Positions 22,571 to 30,866 of a stretch of DNA of 64,000 nucleotides are shown here, one piece after another. Numbering within the stretch: the stretch's first letter is position 1; each line of letters opens with the position of its first letter. The position numbers and the translations under genes were made by a program. The DNA lies in contig CAVQQR010000011.1 in NCBI GenBank assembly GCA_963715015.1, positions 32,846 to 96,845 of the forward strand. The letters run 5' to 3'. Under the pieces are notes generated by a model. That model searched no databases. It was not told the origin of the DNA and saw only the letters and a program-made list of their open reading frames with translations. Source of the stretch: an uncultured Flavobacteriaceae bacterium. GTDB lineage: Bacteria; Bacteroidota; Bacteroidia; Flavobacteriales; Flavobacteriaceae.

Positions 22571-22589
22571 TCAGACTAAGATATAAATC

Positions 22590-22619
22590 AAAAGCCTAGC
22601 TATCCCGTTAGGCTTTTTT
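22590..22619 (+). terminator. Intrinsic terminator after the HdeD gene
   Basis: aaaagcctagc-tatccc-gttaggctttttt. Confidence 0.65.
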
Positions 22620-22653
22620 AATTTTTAGCACTCAACTATTATTCCTCAAAAGA

Positions 22654-24888
22654 ATGGAAAATACACTTACCCAATCCAGATCAAATTTTAGCACATTACC
22701 TGTTTTTTTAACGGCTATCTCCACCATATTGGGAGCAGTTATGTTTTTACGGTTTGGATACGCGGTTGGGAGTGTGGGATTTACGGGGACTCTTTTAATT
22801 ATCTTGGTTGGACATATGGTAACTATTCCAACTGCCATGGCTTTAGCTGAAATTGCGACAAATCAAAAGGTTGAGGGAGGAGGAGAGTACTTTATCATTT
22901 CCAGGTCATTTGGAATCAATATCGGTGCATCTATAGGTCTTGCTTTATTTTTATCGCAAGCCATTAGTGTAGCATTCTATATCATAGCCTTTGCAGAGGC
23001 ATTCGACGCCTTGAAACCCTGGATTGCCACAACTTTCGGCTATGAAATTTACGATAACAGGATTTTTAGTATTCCCGCTCTTTTAATGCTTATTTTTTTA
23101 ATGGTCAGCAAGGGAGCCGATATGGGTGTAAAAGCACTGTATTTTGTGGTAACCATCTTGGTCATTTCTTTGATATTCTTTTTTTTAGGGACGACCGATT
23201 ACAGCGAAACGATTAATAAATCGGCTATACTGGCCAATAGACCAAGCGATATTAGCATTTTTTATGTTTTCGCGATCATTTTTCCGGCATTTACCGGGAT
23301 GACGGCAGGGGTTGGACTGTCGGGAGATCTTCGTGATCCCAAAAAATCGATTCCACTTGGAACTTTATCAGCGACCATTATCGGTATGATCATTTATGTG
23401 TTCATTGCCTATAAACTTGCCGTTTCAGCGAGCTCAGAAGATCTCGTAAACGACCAATTGATCATGTCTAAAATTGCCATTTGGGGACCCATTATTCCTA
23501 TGGGATTAGCCGCAGCGACACTTTCCTCTGCAATAGGATCTTTTATGGTCGCGCCGAGAACATTGCAAGCCATCGGTGCTGATGATGTTTTCCCGAGTAC
23601 GAATGTAAACAATTGGATCTCTAAAGGTTTAGCCCTTACTAACGAACCCCGCAATGCAACTATTATTACGAGTATCATCGCCTTGATTTTTGTGATGATG
23701 GGCGACGTGAATGCCGTTGCCGAAATCATTTCTATGTTCTTTATGGTGACATATGGTTCCCTTTGTCTCATATCATTTTTACAGCATTTCGCGGCAGACC
23801 CATCCTATCGCCCTTCCTTTAAATCTAAATGGTATCTCTCGCTATTAGGTGCTGTCTTGTGTATTTATCTGATGTTCAAGATCAATACGACCTATGCAAT
23901 TGCTGCTATTTCTCTGATGCTTATGTTATACTTTTATATCACCTATAAGACCGTGCATAAAAAAGGTATATCCAGAATTTTTCAAAGTGTGATCTATCAA
24001 TTCAGCAGGAAAGTACAAGTTTTCCTTCAAAAAACGGAAAAGGAGCAGGCAGAACAGAATTGGAGACCAGCTGTTCTATGTTTGTCACCAGAGAGCTTTG
24101 AGAGGTATACGGCCTTTGAAATGATGAAATGGTTGTCGTACAGATATGGTTTTGGTACTTTTGTCCATTTTGATAAGGGTTATTATTCTTCCGAAACCAA
24201 AGCGGCTTCTAAGGAGAAATTAGATCGTTTAATTAAACTGGCGAGCACGAGTCATTCCAACGTCTATTTAGAAGCGATCATCTCTCCATCGAATACAGGA
24301 GCTATTATACAGTGCATTCAGCTTCCGGGTGTATCAGGTCAACCGAATAATATGATGTTATTTGAATTTAAAAAAGGTAAAACAGATTGGCTAAAAGATG
24401 TGATCGATAATTATGGTGTATTGAAAACAGCGAATTTTGACGTCGCAATTTTAGCAAGTTCCGACCGTGGATTCAGGTATAAAAATGAGATACATGTTTG
24501 GATAGGGAAAGAAGATTATGACAACGGAAATTTAATGATCTTGTTGTCCTATATCATTCTGGGTCATCCTGACTGGAAAAATGGAGAAATCAAGATTTTT
24601 GCTGCATTTAAAGAAAAAGATATCGAGTCAGAAGAATTAAAATTAAAAGAATTAACCGCATCGGGCAGATTGCCCATCTCTGCAAATAACATCCGTGTTT
24701 TACCTTTAGAATCCGGGATAAATAAAAGAGATCTGATCAACAAGCATTCCACTGAAGCAGACCTCACCATTATTGGTTTTCATGAAGGTAGGGTAAAAGA
24801 CGCCAATGATCTGTCTGTTTTTGAAGGGTATGATGATGTTGGAAATATTTTATTTGTTCATACCAATTCGTCTAAATTCATTCAATAA
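22654..24888 (+). CDS. Cation-chloride cotransporter (SLC12-like, APC superfamily)
   Basis: MFLRFG, GGGEYFIISRSFG, FPAFTGMTAG, SGDLRDPKKSIPLGT, NWRP and a large soluble C-terminal domain. Confidence 0.85.
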   Translation: MENTLTQSRSNFSTLPVFLTAISTILGAVMFLRFGYAVGSVGFTGTLLIILVGHMVTIPTAMALAEIATNQKVEGGGEYFIISRSFGINIGASIGLALFLSQAISVAFYIIAFAEAFDALKPWIATTFGYEIYDNRIFSIPALLMLIFLMVSKGADMGVKALYFVVTILVISLIFFFLGTTDYSETINKSAILANRPSDISIFYVFAIIFPAFTGMTAGVGLSGDLRDPKKSIPLGTLSATIIGMIIYVFIAYKLAVSASSEDLVNDQLIMSKIAIWGPIIPMGLAAATLSSAIGSFMVAPRTLQAIGADDVFPSTNVNNWISKGLALTNEPRNATIITSIIALIFVMMGDVNAVAEIISMFFMVTYGSLCLISFLQHFAADPSYRPSFKSKWYLSLLGAVLCIYLMFKINTTYAIAAISLMLMLYFYITYKTVHKKGISRIFQSVIYQFSRKVQVFLQKTEKEQAEQNWRPAVLCLSPESFERYTAFEMMKWLSYRYGFGTFVHFDKGYYSSETKAASKEKLDRLIKLASTSHSNVYLEAIISPSNTGAIIQCIQLPGVSGQPNNMMLFEFKKGKTDWLKDVIDNYGVLKTANFDVAILASSDRGFRYKNEIHVWIGKEDYDNGNLMILLSYIILGHPDWKNGEIKIFAAFKEKDIESEELKLKELTASGRLPISANNIRVLPLESGINKRDLINKHSTEADLTIIGFHEGRVKDANDLSVFEGYDDVGNILFVHTNSSKFIQ

Positions 24889-24998
24889 GTAGTTGTTCAA
24901 CTGAGATTTAGTCGCTGATTAGACATCCTTATATGAGACCTGTAGTTGACAATAAAAGCTATCAATTTGCATATCAATACAAAGATCCTTTATAAACT

Positions 24999-26654
24999 TT
25001 AATCATTACTCGCCAGTGGAGGATCCCAATCTTTTTTAGCAACCATTTTCGGGATCTCCGTATCTGCTTCATAAGAAGGTGTCATAATTTGGACATTATT
25101 TTCATTAAATACATCCAAAATATTTTGGTGTAAAGCAGAATATACAGCATTGATTCTATTTACATCCTTGCAATAGGCATTGATCTCATAATTTACAGCA
25201 TAGTCTGCCAATGATTTTTTAAGGACATAGGGCGGTGGTTCACTCAAAAGGCCTTCTGTTCTTTTCGCGGCAAGTTTAAGCATGGCATCCACCAACCGCC
25301 ACGGAGTTTCGTATCCTATTCCTACCATTGTATGTAACACAACTCCCAATCCTTCTGCTTTCACTGAATAATTGGTTATCTGGCTATTCAATAAAATAGA
25401 ATTAGGCATGATCACTTCTTCATTTTTATGAGATCTAATCCTTGTGACCAACAATTTTTGTTCTTCTACAAAACCTTTTTGTCCATTCACTTCAATATAA
25501 TCTCCTATTTTAAAAGCTCCTCGATAGATCATAGAATATCCTGCGACCACGTTGGCAATAAAGGTTGTAGAACCCAGTGAAAATAAAATACCAACAAACA
25601 CAGAAACACCTTTAAATGCGATGGAATCTGAACCAGGTATGTACGGATAAGCAATAACCACTGCAAAAGATATGATCACTACTTTTACAATTTTAAAGGT
25701 AGACATTGCCCATTCCGGCTTGAAGTCGCGAAAAATAATTTCCCCATCTTCCAATCCGGTAAAGAACAACTTTATTAAACGAAGTAAATTCTTGATGATA
25801 TACCATATGATCAGAAGAAAAATGAATTTTGGCAAATAATTGATCATCGACCAGCCAATTTCTTTTAAGGGATCAAGTACAGCGGCTAAAAGATAATTTG
25901 AAAATTCTTTTGTCCATGGAAATAAACTAAGCACATAATCTATTACGAAAAGCGAAACGAAAAAGACGAACAGAATTCTGACAGCACGAAAAATCAATTC
26001 AAATACCCTCCAAATCTTTTCAGATTTGATCAAACTGAATGAAATATCATCTACAGAATCGATTCTTTTTTTAATTCTCTTTTGCAATAAGTTATTCACT
26101 TTTTTCATGATCCAAAGCGAAATCAGCAAGAAAACACCGGCCAGGAAGATTACTAAAAGTGCGCGGCCGGAATTTTTCAGAAGCACGGGAGAACTTCGGT
26201 TTACACGATAGGTGGTGATCCCATTTTTGATCCCTATTTGGTTGGCCTTTGCGAGAAATTCCTTGTTAATACCTGTGCCTTCAACTGCTGCATCGGCGTT
26301 GAAAACGCGCATGATCGTGTCATTTACCGCATAAATCACAATGTAATCCTCTTTGGCCAACAGCTTAATAGACTCAATGTCGATTTGATCGTTAGAGGCT
26401 ATTTTTTTGATATTCGCACTAATGTCGGAAGCGCGTTTATTTGCATTGAACACGGAAATTCCACGTACCTTAAACAAGACATTACCATCTAATTTAACCT
26501 CGGCCAGGTCGATTGGATAATGTCCTTCCTGAATATCCGTATCTGTATTTTGTGCCTTAGCAAAAAAAATGGTTAAAAGAAGAAAAAAACATACACTAAA
26601 CATTGAAAGATTGGAATATCCTAAGCTCAATTTTTTTGGGATGAATTTGGTCAT
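24999..26654 (-). CDS. Mechanosensitive channel MscS family with periplasmic N-terminal extension
   Basis: ANVVAG, FKIGDYIEV, PNS and LHQNILDVFNENNVQIMTPSY. Confidence 0.88.
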   Translation of the reverse strand: MTKFIPKKLSLGYSNLSMFSVCFFLLLTIFFAKAQNTDTDIQEGHYPIDLAEVKLDGNVLFKVRGISVFNANKRASDISANIKKIASNDQIDIESIKLLAKEDYIVIYAVNDTIMRVFNADAAVEGTGINKEFLAKANQIGIKNGITTYRVNRSSPVLLKNSGRALLVIFLAGVFLLISLWIMKKVNNLLQKRIKKRIDSVDDISFSLIKSEKIWRVFELIFRAVRILFVFFVSLFVIDYVLSLFPWTKEFSNYLLAAVLDPLKEIGWSMINYLPKFIFLLIIWYIIKNLLRLIKLFFTGLEDGEIIFRDFKPEWAMSTFKIVKVVIISFAVVIAYPYIPGSDSIAFKGVSVFVGILFSLGSTTFIANVVAGYSMIYRGAFKIGDYIEVNGQKGFVEEQKLLVTRIRSHKNEEVIMPNSILLNSQITNYSVKAEGLGVVLHTMVGIGYETPWRLVDAMLKLAAKRTEGLLSEPPPYVLKKSLADYAVNYEINAYCKDVNRINAVYSALHQNILDVFNENNVQIMTPSYEADTEIPKMVAKKDWDPPLASND

Positions 26655-26957
26655 GAAGTTTCGTTTGATTGCAGCAAATATATTAAAGATTCCACTTCAT
26701 TTACATGGTCTCCTAAATATTAACTGAGCTCGATTAATTGATCTAGAAGGCAACAAATTTAGGTTTAGGTAATTTTAATTTTTTTGTCGATACAATGGCT
26801 CAGGTGCTATCATTTTGAATCTAAGAACTTAATGGAAAAGAAAAACAAGTATACTCAAGACTAAATTCAGGGGCATAAGTCAGTTGAATCTATGTTATGA
26901 TCAATTTCAAACTCAGAATAAAACATTAATTTTATAGAAATTATATATACATTTTTT

Positions 26958-28853
26958 ATGATAAGGTCTATTTTAATTATTACAAGTTTCCTGCTATTTT
27001 CGAACCTTTTTGCACAAGAGGTAATGACCCCAGAACTTTTATGGGAATTAGGAAGGATTAATCCTATAGGTATTACAAAAGACGGTAAATCTTTTGTTTA
27101 CAGTGTTAAAAAGTATGATGTATCAAAGAATGCAGGAGAAACAAAAGAATATCTTATTTCTCTTGACGGAGGCGAGGTAAAGGAAATAAATGATGGAACT
27201 TCAATGGTTAGGGATAAACATCTATCTCCTGATGGAACAAATACATTAAGTACAAAATTGGTAAAGATACAGAAGGTCTTCGGAAAGGATTATTATCCTC
27301 AGTTAGATCAATCTGAAGCGATGATCTATGATGATCTGATGTATCGCCACTGGGATACCTGGGAGGATGGAGCCTATAATCATCTTATGCTGAAGAAGGG
27401 TGCAGAGGAACTCGATCTAATGGAAGGTGAGCCCTATGATTGCCCGACTCAACCGTTTGGAGATGACAGTGATTATACGTGGAGTCCTGATGGGAAATTG
27501 ATCGTTTATGTAGCCAAGAAAAAAGCTGGAAAAGATTATGCCATCAGCACAAATTCAGATCTCTTTGCTTATGATGTCGTTTCCGGTGTTACATCGAACC
27601 TAACCGAAGGTATGTCAGGTTACGATACCCATCCCAAATACTCCTCTCAAGGTGTTTTGGCTTGGCTGAGTATGAAAAGAGATGGCTATGAAGCCGATAA
27701 AAATGATTTGGTGGTGAGATCAGGTGATATTCAGCTCAATCTGACCAAACATTGGGACGGAACGGTCAATTCATATTTGTGGAAAGAAGATGGTTCTGGT
27801 ATTTATTTCAATGCTCCCATAGATGGGACCACGCAATTATTTGAAGTGGATTATCCCGGAAAAAGTAAAAAAATGCCCACTGTAAAACAAATTACCCAAG
27901 GAGATCACGATATAAATGGTTTAATTGGCATCTCCGGTAAAAAAATGATCGTGACCAGGACAGATATGAATCATGCGGCAGAAATATTTACGTTAGATGT
28001 AACCAACGGAGAAATGAATCAGCTCACTCATGTGAATGATGATATATATCAAAGAATTGGAAAAAGTAAGATTGAAAGGCGCAGGGTAAAAACGACAGAT
28101 CAAAAGGATATGTTGGTCTGGGTGATTTATCCCCCTGATTTCAACCCCGCAAAAAAATACCCCACCTTATTATATTGTCAGGGAGGCCCTCAATCTGCGC
28201 TTTCACAGTTCTATTCCTTCCGCTGGAATTTCCAAGTTATGGCTGCTCAGGGTTATATTATTGTGGCACCTAACCGGCGCGGAATGCCCGGTCACGGTGT
28301 TGAATGGAATGAAGCGATAAGCAAAGATTACGGTGGACAGGCCATGAGAGATTATTTATCTGCCATAGATGATGTGGCGAAGGAGCCTTTTGTAGATAAA
28401 GAGAGAATGGGGGCGATTGGAGCAAGTTTCGGGGGTTATTCTATCTTTTTTCTTGCCGGTCATCACAACAACCGGTTTAAAACTTTCATTTCTCATGACG
28501 GCATTTTCAATATGGAAAGTATGTACGGAACCACCGAGGAACTATTTTTTGTGAACTGGGATAACGGAGGAGCCTATTGGGAAAAAGACAATGCTTCAGC
28601 CATGAAAACCTATACAGAATTTAACCCTAAAAACTTTGTGACTAACTGGGATACACCCATTTTAATTGTTCAGGGAGGTAAAGATTACCGGGTGCCTGAC
28701 GGTCAGGCTTTTGAGGCATTTCAGGCCGCGCAGTTAAAAGGTTTAAAGAGCAGATTGCTCTATTTCCCCAGCGAAAATCATTGGGTACTCAAAGCTCAGA
28801 ACGGCTTGGTATGGCAGCGAGAATTTTTTAGGTGGCTTGAGGAAACCTTGTAA
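26958..28853 (+). CDS. S9-family peptidase (dipeptidyl-peptidase 5-like), secreted
   Basis: Signal peptide, beta-propeller region, QGGPQ, and triad motifs GASFGG (Ser), DYRVP (Asp) and ENHW (His). Confidence 0.92.
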   Translation: MIRSILIITSFLLFSNLFAQEVMTPELLWELGRINPIGITKDGKSFVYSVKKYDVSKNAGETKEYLISLDGGEVKEINDGTSMVRDKHLSPDGTNTLSTKLVKIQKVFGKDYYPQLDQSEAMIYDDLMYRHWDTWEDGAYNHLMLKKGAEELDLMEGEPYDCPTQPFGDDSDYTWSPDGKLIVYVAKKKAGKDYAISTNSDLFAYDVVSGVTSNLTEGMSGYDTHPKYSSQGVLAWLSMKRDGYEADKNDLVVRSGDIQLNLTKHWDGTVNSYLWKEDGSGIYFNAPIDGTTQLFEVDYPGKSKKMPTVKQITQGDHDINGLIGISGKKMIVTRTDMNHAAEIFTLDVTNGEMNQLTHVNDDIYQRIGKSKIERRRVKTTDQKDMLVWVIYPPDFNPAKKYPTLLYCQGGPQSALSQFYSFRWNFQVMAAQGYIIVAPNRRGMPGHGVEWNEAISKDYGGQAMRDYLSAIDDVAKEPFVDKERMGAIGASFGGYSIFFLAGHHNNRFKTFISHDGIFNMESMYGTTEELFFVNWDNGGAYWEKDNASAMKTYTEFNPKNFVTNWDTPILIVQGGKDYRVPDGQAFEAFQAAQLKGLKSRLLYFPSENHWVLKAQNGLVWQREFFRWLEETL

Positions 28854-28888
28854 GGAGAATCTGAGTAATATTTATGAATAGAAAGCAT

Positions 28889-28929
28889 AATCAAAGAGTT
28901 GTCAATTCAAGATTGACAACTCTTTGATT
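28889..28929. terminator. Perfect 18-bp inverted repeat, probable bidirectional terminator
   Basis: aatcaaagagttgtcaat-tcaag-attgacaactctttgatt followed by T-run. It lies between the S9 peptidase and the tRNA-linked array. Confidence 0.75.
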
Positions 28930-28934
28930 TTTAA

Positions 28935-28951
28935 GTGATCGCGAAAGGATT
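28935..28951 (-). repeat. 17-bp duplicate of the tRNA-Arg 3' end (att-like direct repeat)
   Basis: gtgatcgcgaaaggatt is identical to 29603-29619. Confidence 0.9.
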
Positions 28952-29508
28952 ATTGACGTGATCCTTTTCGTCGCATTTAGAGAATGAAAAAAATCCGATA
29001 TCCGTCTAGCGACGGATTCGCTTTAATTTTTTGTCGTTCCTTACGAAACTGAAGTTTCGACAGTTCACAGGATTATTATCATGATCCTTTTCGTCCTATT
29101 TAGAGAATGAAAAAAACCCGATATCCGTCTAGCGACGGATTCGCTTTAATTTTTTGTCGTTCCTTACGAAACTGAAGTTTCAAGAGTTGACAGGATTATT
29201 ATCATGATCCTTTTCGTCCCATTTAGAGAATGAAAAAAATCCGATATCCGTCTAGCGACGGATTCGCTTTATTTTTTTGTCAGTTCCTTACGAAACTGAA
29301 GTTTCGACAGTTCACAGGATTATTATCATGATCCTTTTCTTCCCATTTAGAGAATGAAAAAAATCTATCCGTCTAGCGACGGATTCGCTTTAATTATTTG
29401 TCAGTTCCTTACGAAACTGAAGTTTCGACAGTTCACAGGATTATTATCATGATCCTTTTCTTCCCATTTAGAGAATGAAAAAAATCCGATATCCGTCTAG
29501 CGACGGAT
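28946..29508. repeat. Tandem array of about 4.6 structured units of 121-124 bp (tRNA-linked repeat, candidate ncRNA array)
   Basis: Units start (aggatt) at 28946, 29069, 29192, 29316 and 29437. All carry atccgtc-tagc-gacggat, and the complete units carry cgaaac-tgaa-gtttc(g/a). Confidence 0.95.
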
Positions 29509-29564
29509 AGATTTTTTATTTGTCGAAATCTTAAGCAATTGAACTTGCTACGATTTCTCCAAAT

Positions 29565-29593
29565 AAAAAATCCCGCTGTTGCGGGATTTTTTT
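29565..29593 (-). terminator. Intrinsic terminator of the tRNA operon (symmetrical)
   Basis: aaaaaatcccgc-tgtt-gcgggattttttt, about 10 nt past the tRNA-Arg 3' end. Confidence 0.85.
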
Positions 29594-29603
29594 AATTCAT
29601 TTG

Positions 29604-29677
29604 TGATCGCGAAAGGATTCGAACCTTTGACCGTCTGCTTAGAAGGCAGATGCTCTATCCAGCTGAGCTACGCGACC
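29604..29677 (-). tRNA. tRNA-Arg(TCT)
   Basis: GGTCGCG acceptor, TCTGC-CT TCT AA-GCAGA anticodon arm and AAAGG-TTCGAAT-CCTTT T-arm. CCA is not encoded. Confidence 0.97.
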
Positions 29678-29720
29678 TCCAAATTTATCAGGTACGAAAC
29701 CTCCAAATTTATTTTTATTG

Positions 29721-29795
29721 TCGGGGTGGCAGGATTCGAACCTGCGACCTCCTGCTCCCAAAGCAGGCGCGATAACCGGGCTACGCTACACCCCG
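29721..29795 (-). tRNA. tRNA-Pro(TGG)
   Basis: CGGGGTG acceptor, CCTGC-TT TGG GA-GCAGG anticodon arm and GCAGG-TTCGAAT-CCTGC T-arm. Confidence 0.97.
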
Positions 29796-29821
29796 TAAAA
29801 ACGGATGACAATATTTCACTG

Positions 29822-29905
29822 CGGAGAGACAGGGATTCGAACCCTGGCAACGGTTACCCGTTGACAGATTAGCAATCTGCTCCATTACCACTCTGGCACC
29901 TCTCC
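29822..29905 (-). tRNA. tRNA-Ser(GCT)
   Basis: GGAGAGG acceptor, GCAGA-TT GCT AA-TCTGT anticodon arm, long variable arm CAACGG-GTAA-CCGTTG and T-arm CAGGG-TTCGAAT-CCCTG. Confidence 0.97.
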
Positions 29906-29928
29906 TCAACAATCTGAAATTGCGGTTG

Positions 29929-29958
29929 CAAATGTAACAAAATTAAGAGCTATTCAAA
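29929..29958 (-). promoter_or_regulatory. Promoter of the tRNA-Ser/Pro/Arg operon
   Basis: Minus strand has TTTG (29958-29955), 18 nt, then TACATTTG (29936-29929), matching the Bacteroidota -33/-7 consensus. Confidence 0.7.
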
Positions 29959-30115
29959 TAAAAAAATAGATTTTTTTTTGAAAAAAAAATAAGTATCACA
30001 ATAACAAGAGATTAATCTCCTAAGAAATTTAGGTTTAAATCATTTTTATTAGAAATTGATTTAATTTTAATATTATCTTTGTCAATATAAATCAAGTAAA
30101 CTAAAATTGAATCAA

Positions 30116-30787
30116 ATGAAAAAATATTATGCTTTTACTGCTTTCTTAGCCATCGTCTTTTTATCTAGTTGCTCTTCTGTGAGTGTGACAGATTCTTGGA
30201 AGGATGATAATATGTCTAATATTAAAAATGAGCAGATATTGGTCATAGGGAGAACAGATGACGGTGTTACTCGTCAGCGTTTTGAACAAGAAATAGCCAA
30301 TGAATTGAGAGCCCAAGGATATAAGGCCACTGAAAGTTATACGAAATTTCCATCTACGCTTCACAACGTGAAAAGAACAGATGCAGAAATTGATCAAATT
30401 ATATCCATGTTCAAAGCAGAAGGCTTTAACGCAGTATGCTTGACAGTTTTACGGGATATGAATCAAGAAATCGTATCTTCTCAAACAGGAGGTTATACTA
30501 CCGGAGGTTACTACCCTAGCTATTACGGTGGCTATTACGGCGGTTTTGGCGGCTATTACGGAAGTGTTTATTCTCCTTATGGTTATGGTTACGGAGGAAC
30601 TTATGTCCCTGCTGAAACCAGAACATATACCTCAAAAACGTATAAGTTAGAGACTACTTTTTACGACCTGAACAAAGAACCAGGTAAGCAATTGGTTGGC
30701 GTAGTTAGTGTAGATGTAACAGATCCTTCAACAGTTCAAAAAGTTGCCCCTCAGTATGCAGCGGCTGTAGGCAAAAAAATAAAATAA
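30116..30787 (+). CDS. Lipoprotein with Gly/Tyr-rich segment (DUF4136-like)
   Basis: Lipobox MKKYY...FLSSC and low-complexity GGYYPSYYGGYYGGFGGYYG. TATCTTTG promoter box at 30074-30081. Confidence 0.75.
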   Translation: MKKYYAFTAFLAIVFLSSCSSVSVTDSWKDDNMSNIKNEQILVIGRTDDGVTRQRFEQEIANELRAQGYKATESYTKFPSTLHNVKRTDAEIDQIISMFKAEGFNAVCLTVLRDMNQEIVSSQTGGYTTGGYYPSYYGGYYGGFGGYYGSVYSPYGYGYGGTYVPAETRTYTSKTYKLETTFYDLNKEPGKQLVGVVSVDVTDPSTVQKVAPQYAAAVGKKIK

Positions 30788-30805
30788 GAAACCCAAATAT
30801 TTTTT

Positions 30806-30833
30806 AAAAGACCGGTCGATCCGGTCTTTTTTT
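30806..30833 (+). terminator. Intrinsic terminator
   Basis: aaaagaccgg-tcgat-ccggtcttttttt. Confidence 0.8.
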
Positions 30834-30866
30834 ATTCCTTATATTTAGGTCAATCAAACCTAAACC

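Noticed and set aside
28984-29052. Repeated 22-aa ORF MKKIRYPSSDGFALIFCRSLRN as a type I toxin (Ldr/Ibs-like)
   Set aside because: Intact only in units 1-2. An indel changes the frame in units 3-4, unit 5 diverges, and the hydrophobic stretch is short. Not fully excluded given possible indel errors.
28946-29508. CRISPR array
   Set aside because: Whole ~123-bp units are near-identical, with no unique spacers between short repeats and no cas genes in the window.
28946-29593. Type III toxin-antitoxin RNA array
   Set aside because: Units are much longer than known ToxI-type repeats, and no toxin ORF follows either terminator.
29579-29872. Track ORFs 29579-29872 (+) and 29668-29850 (-)
   Set aside because: They are shadows of the three tRNA genes.
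30490-30600. ggttat/ggctattac quasi-repeats
   Set aside because: They reflect the Gly/Tyr-rich coding segment of the lipoprotein, not a DNA-level element.
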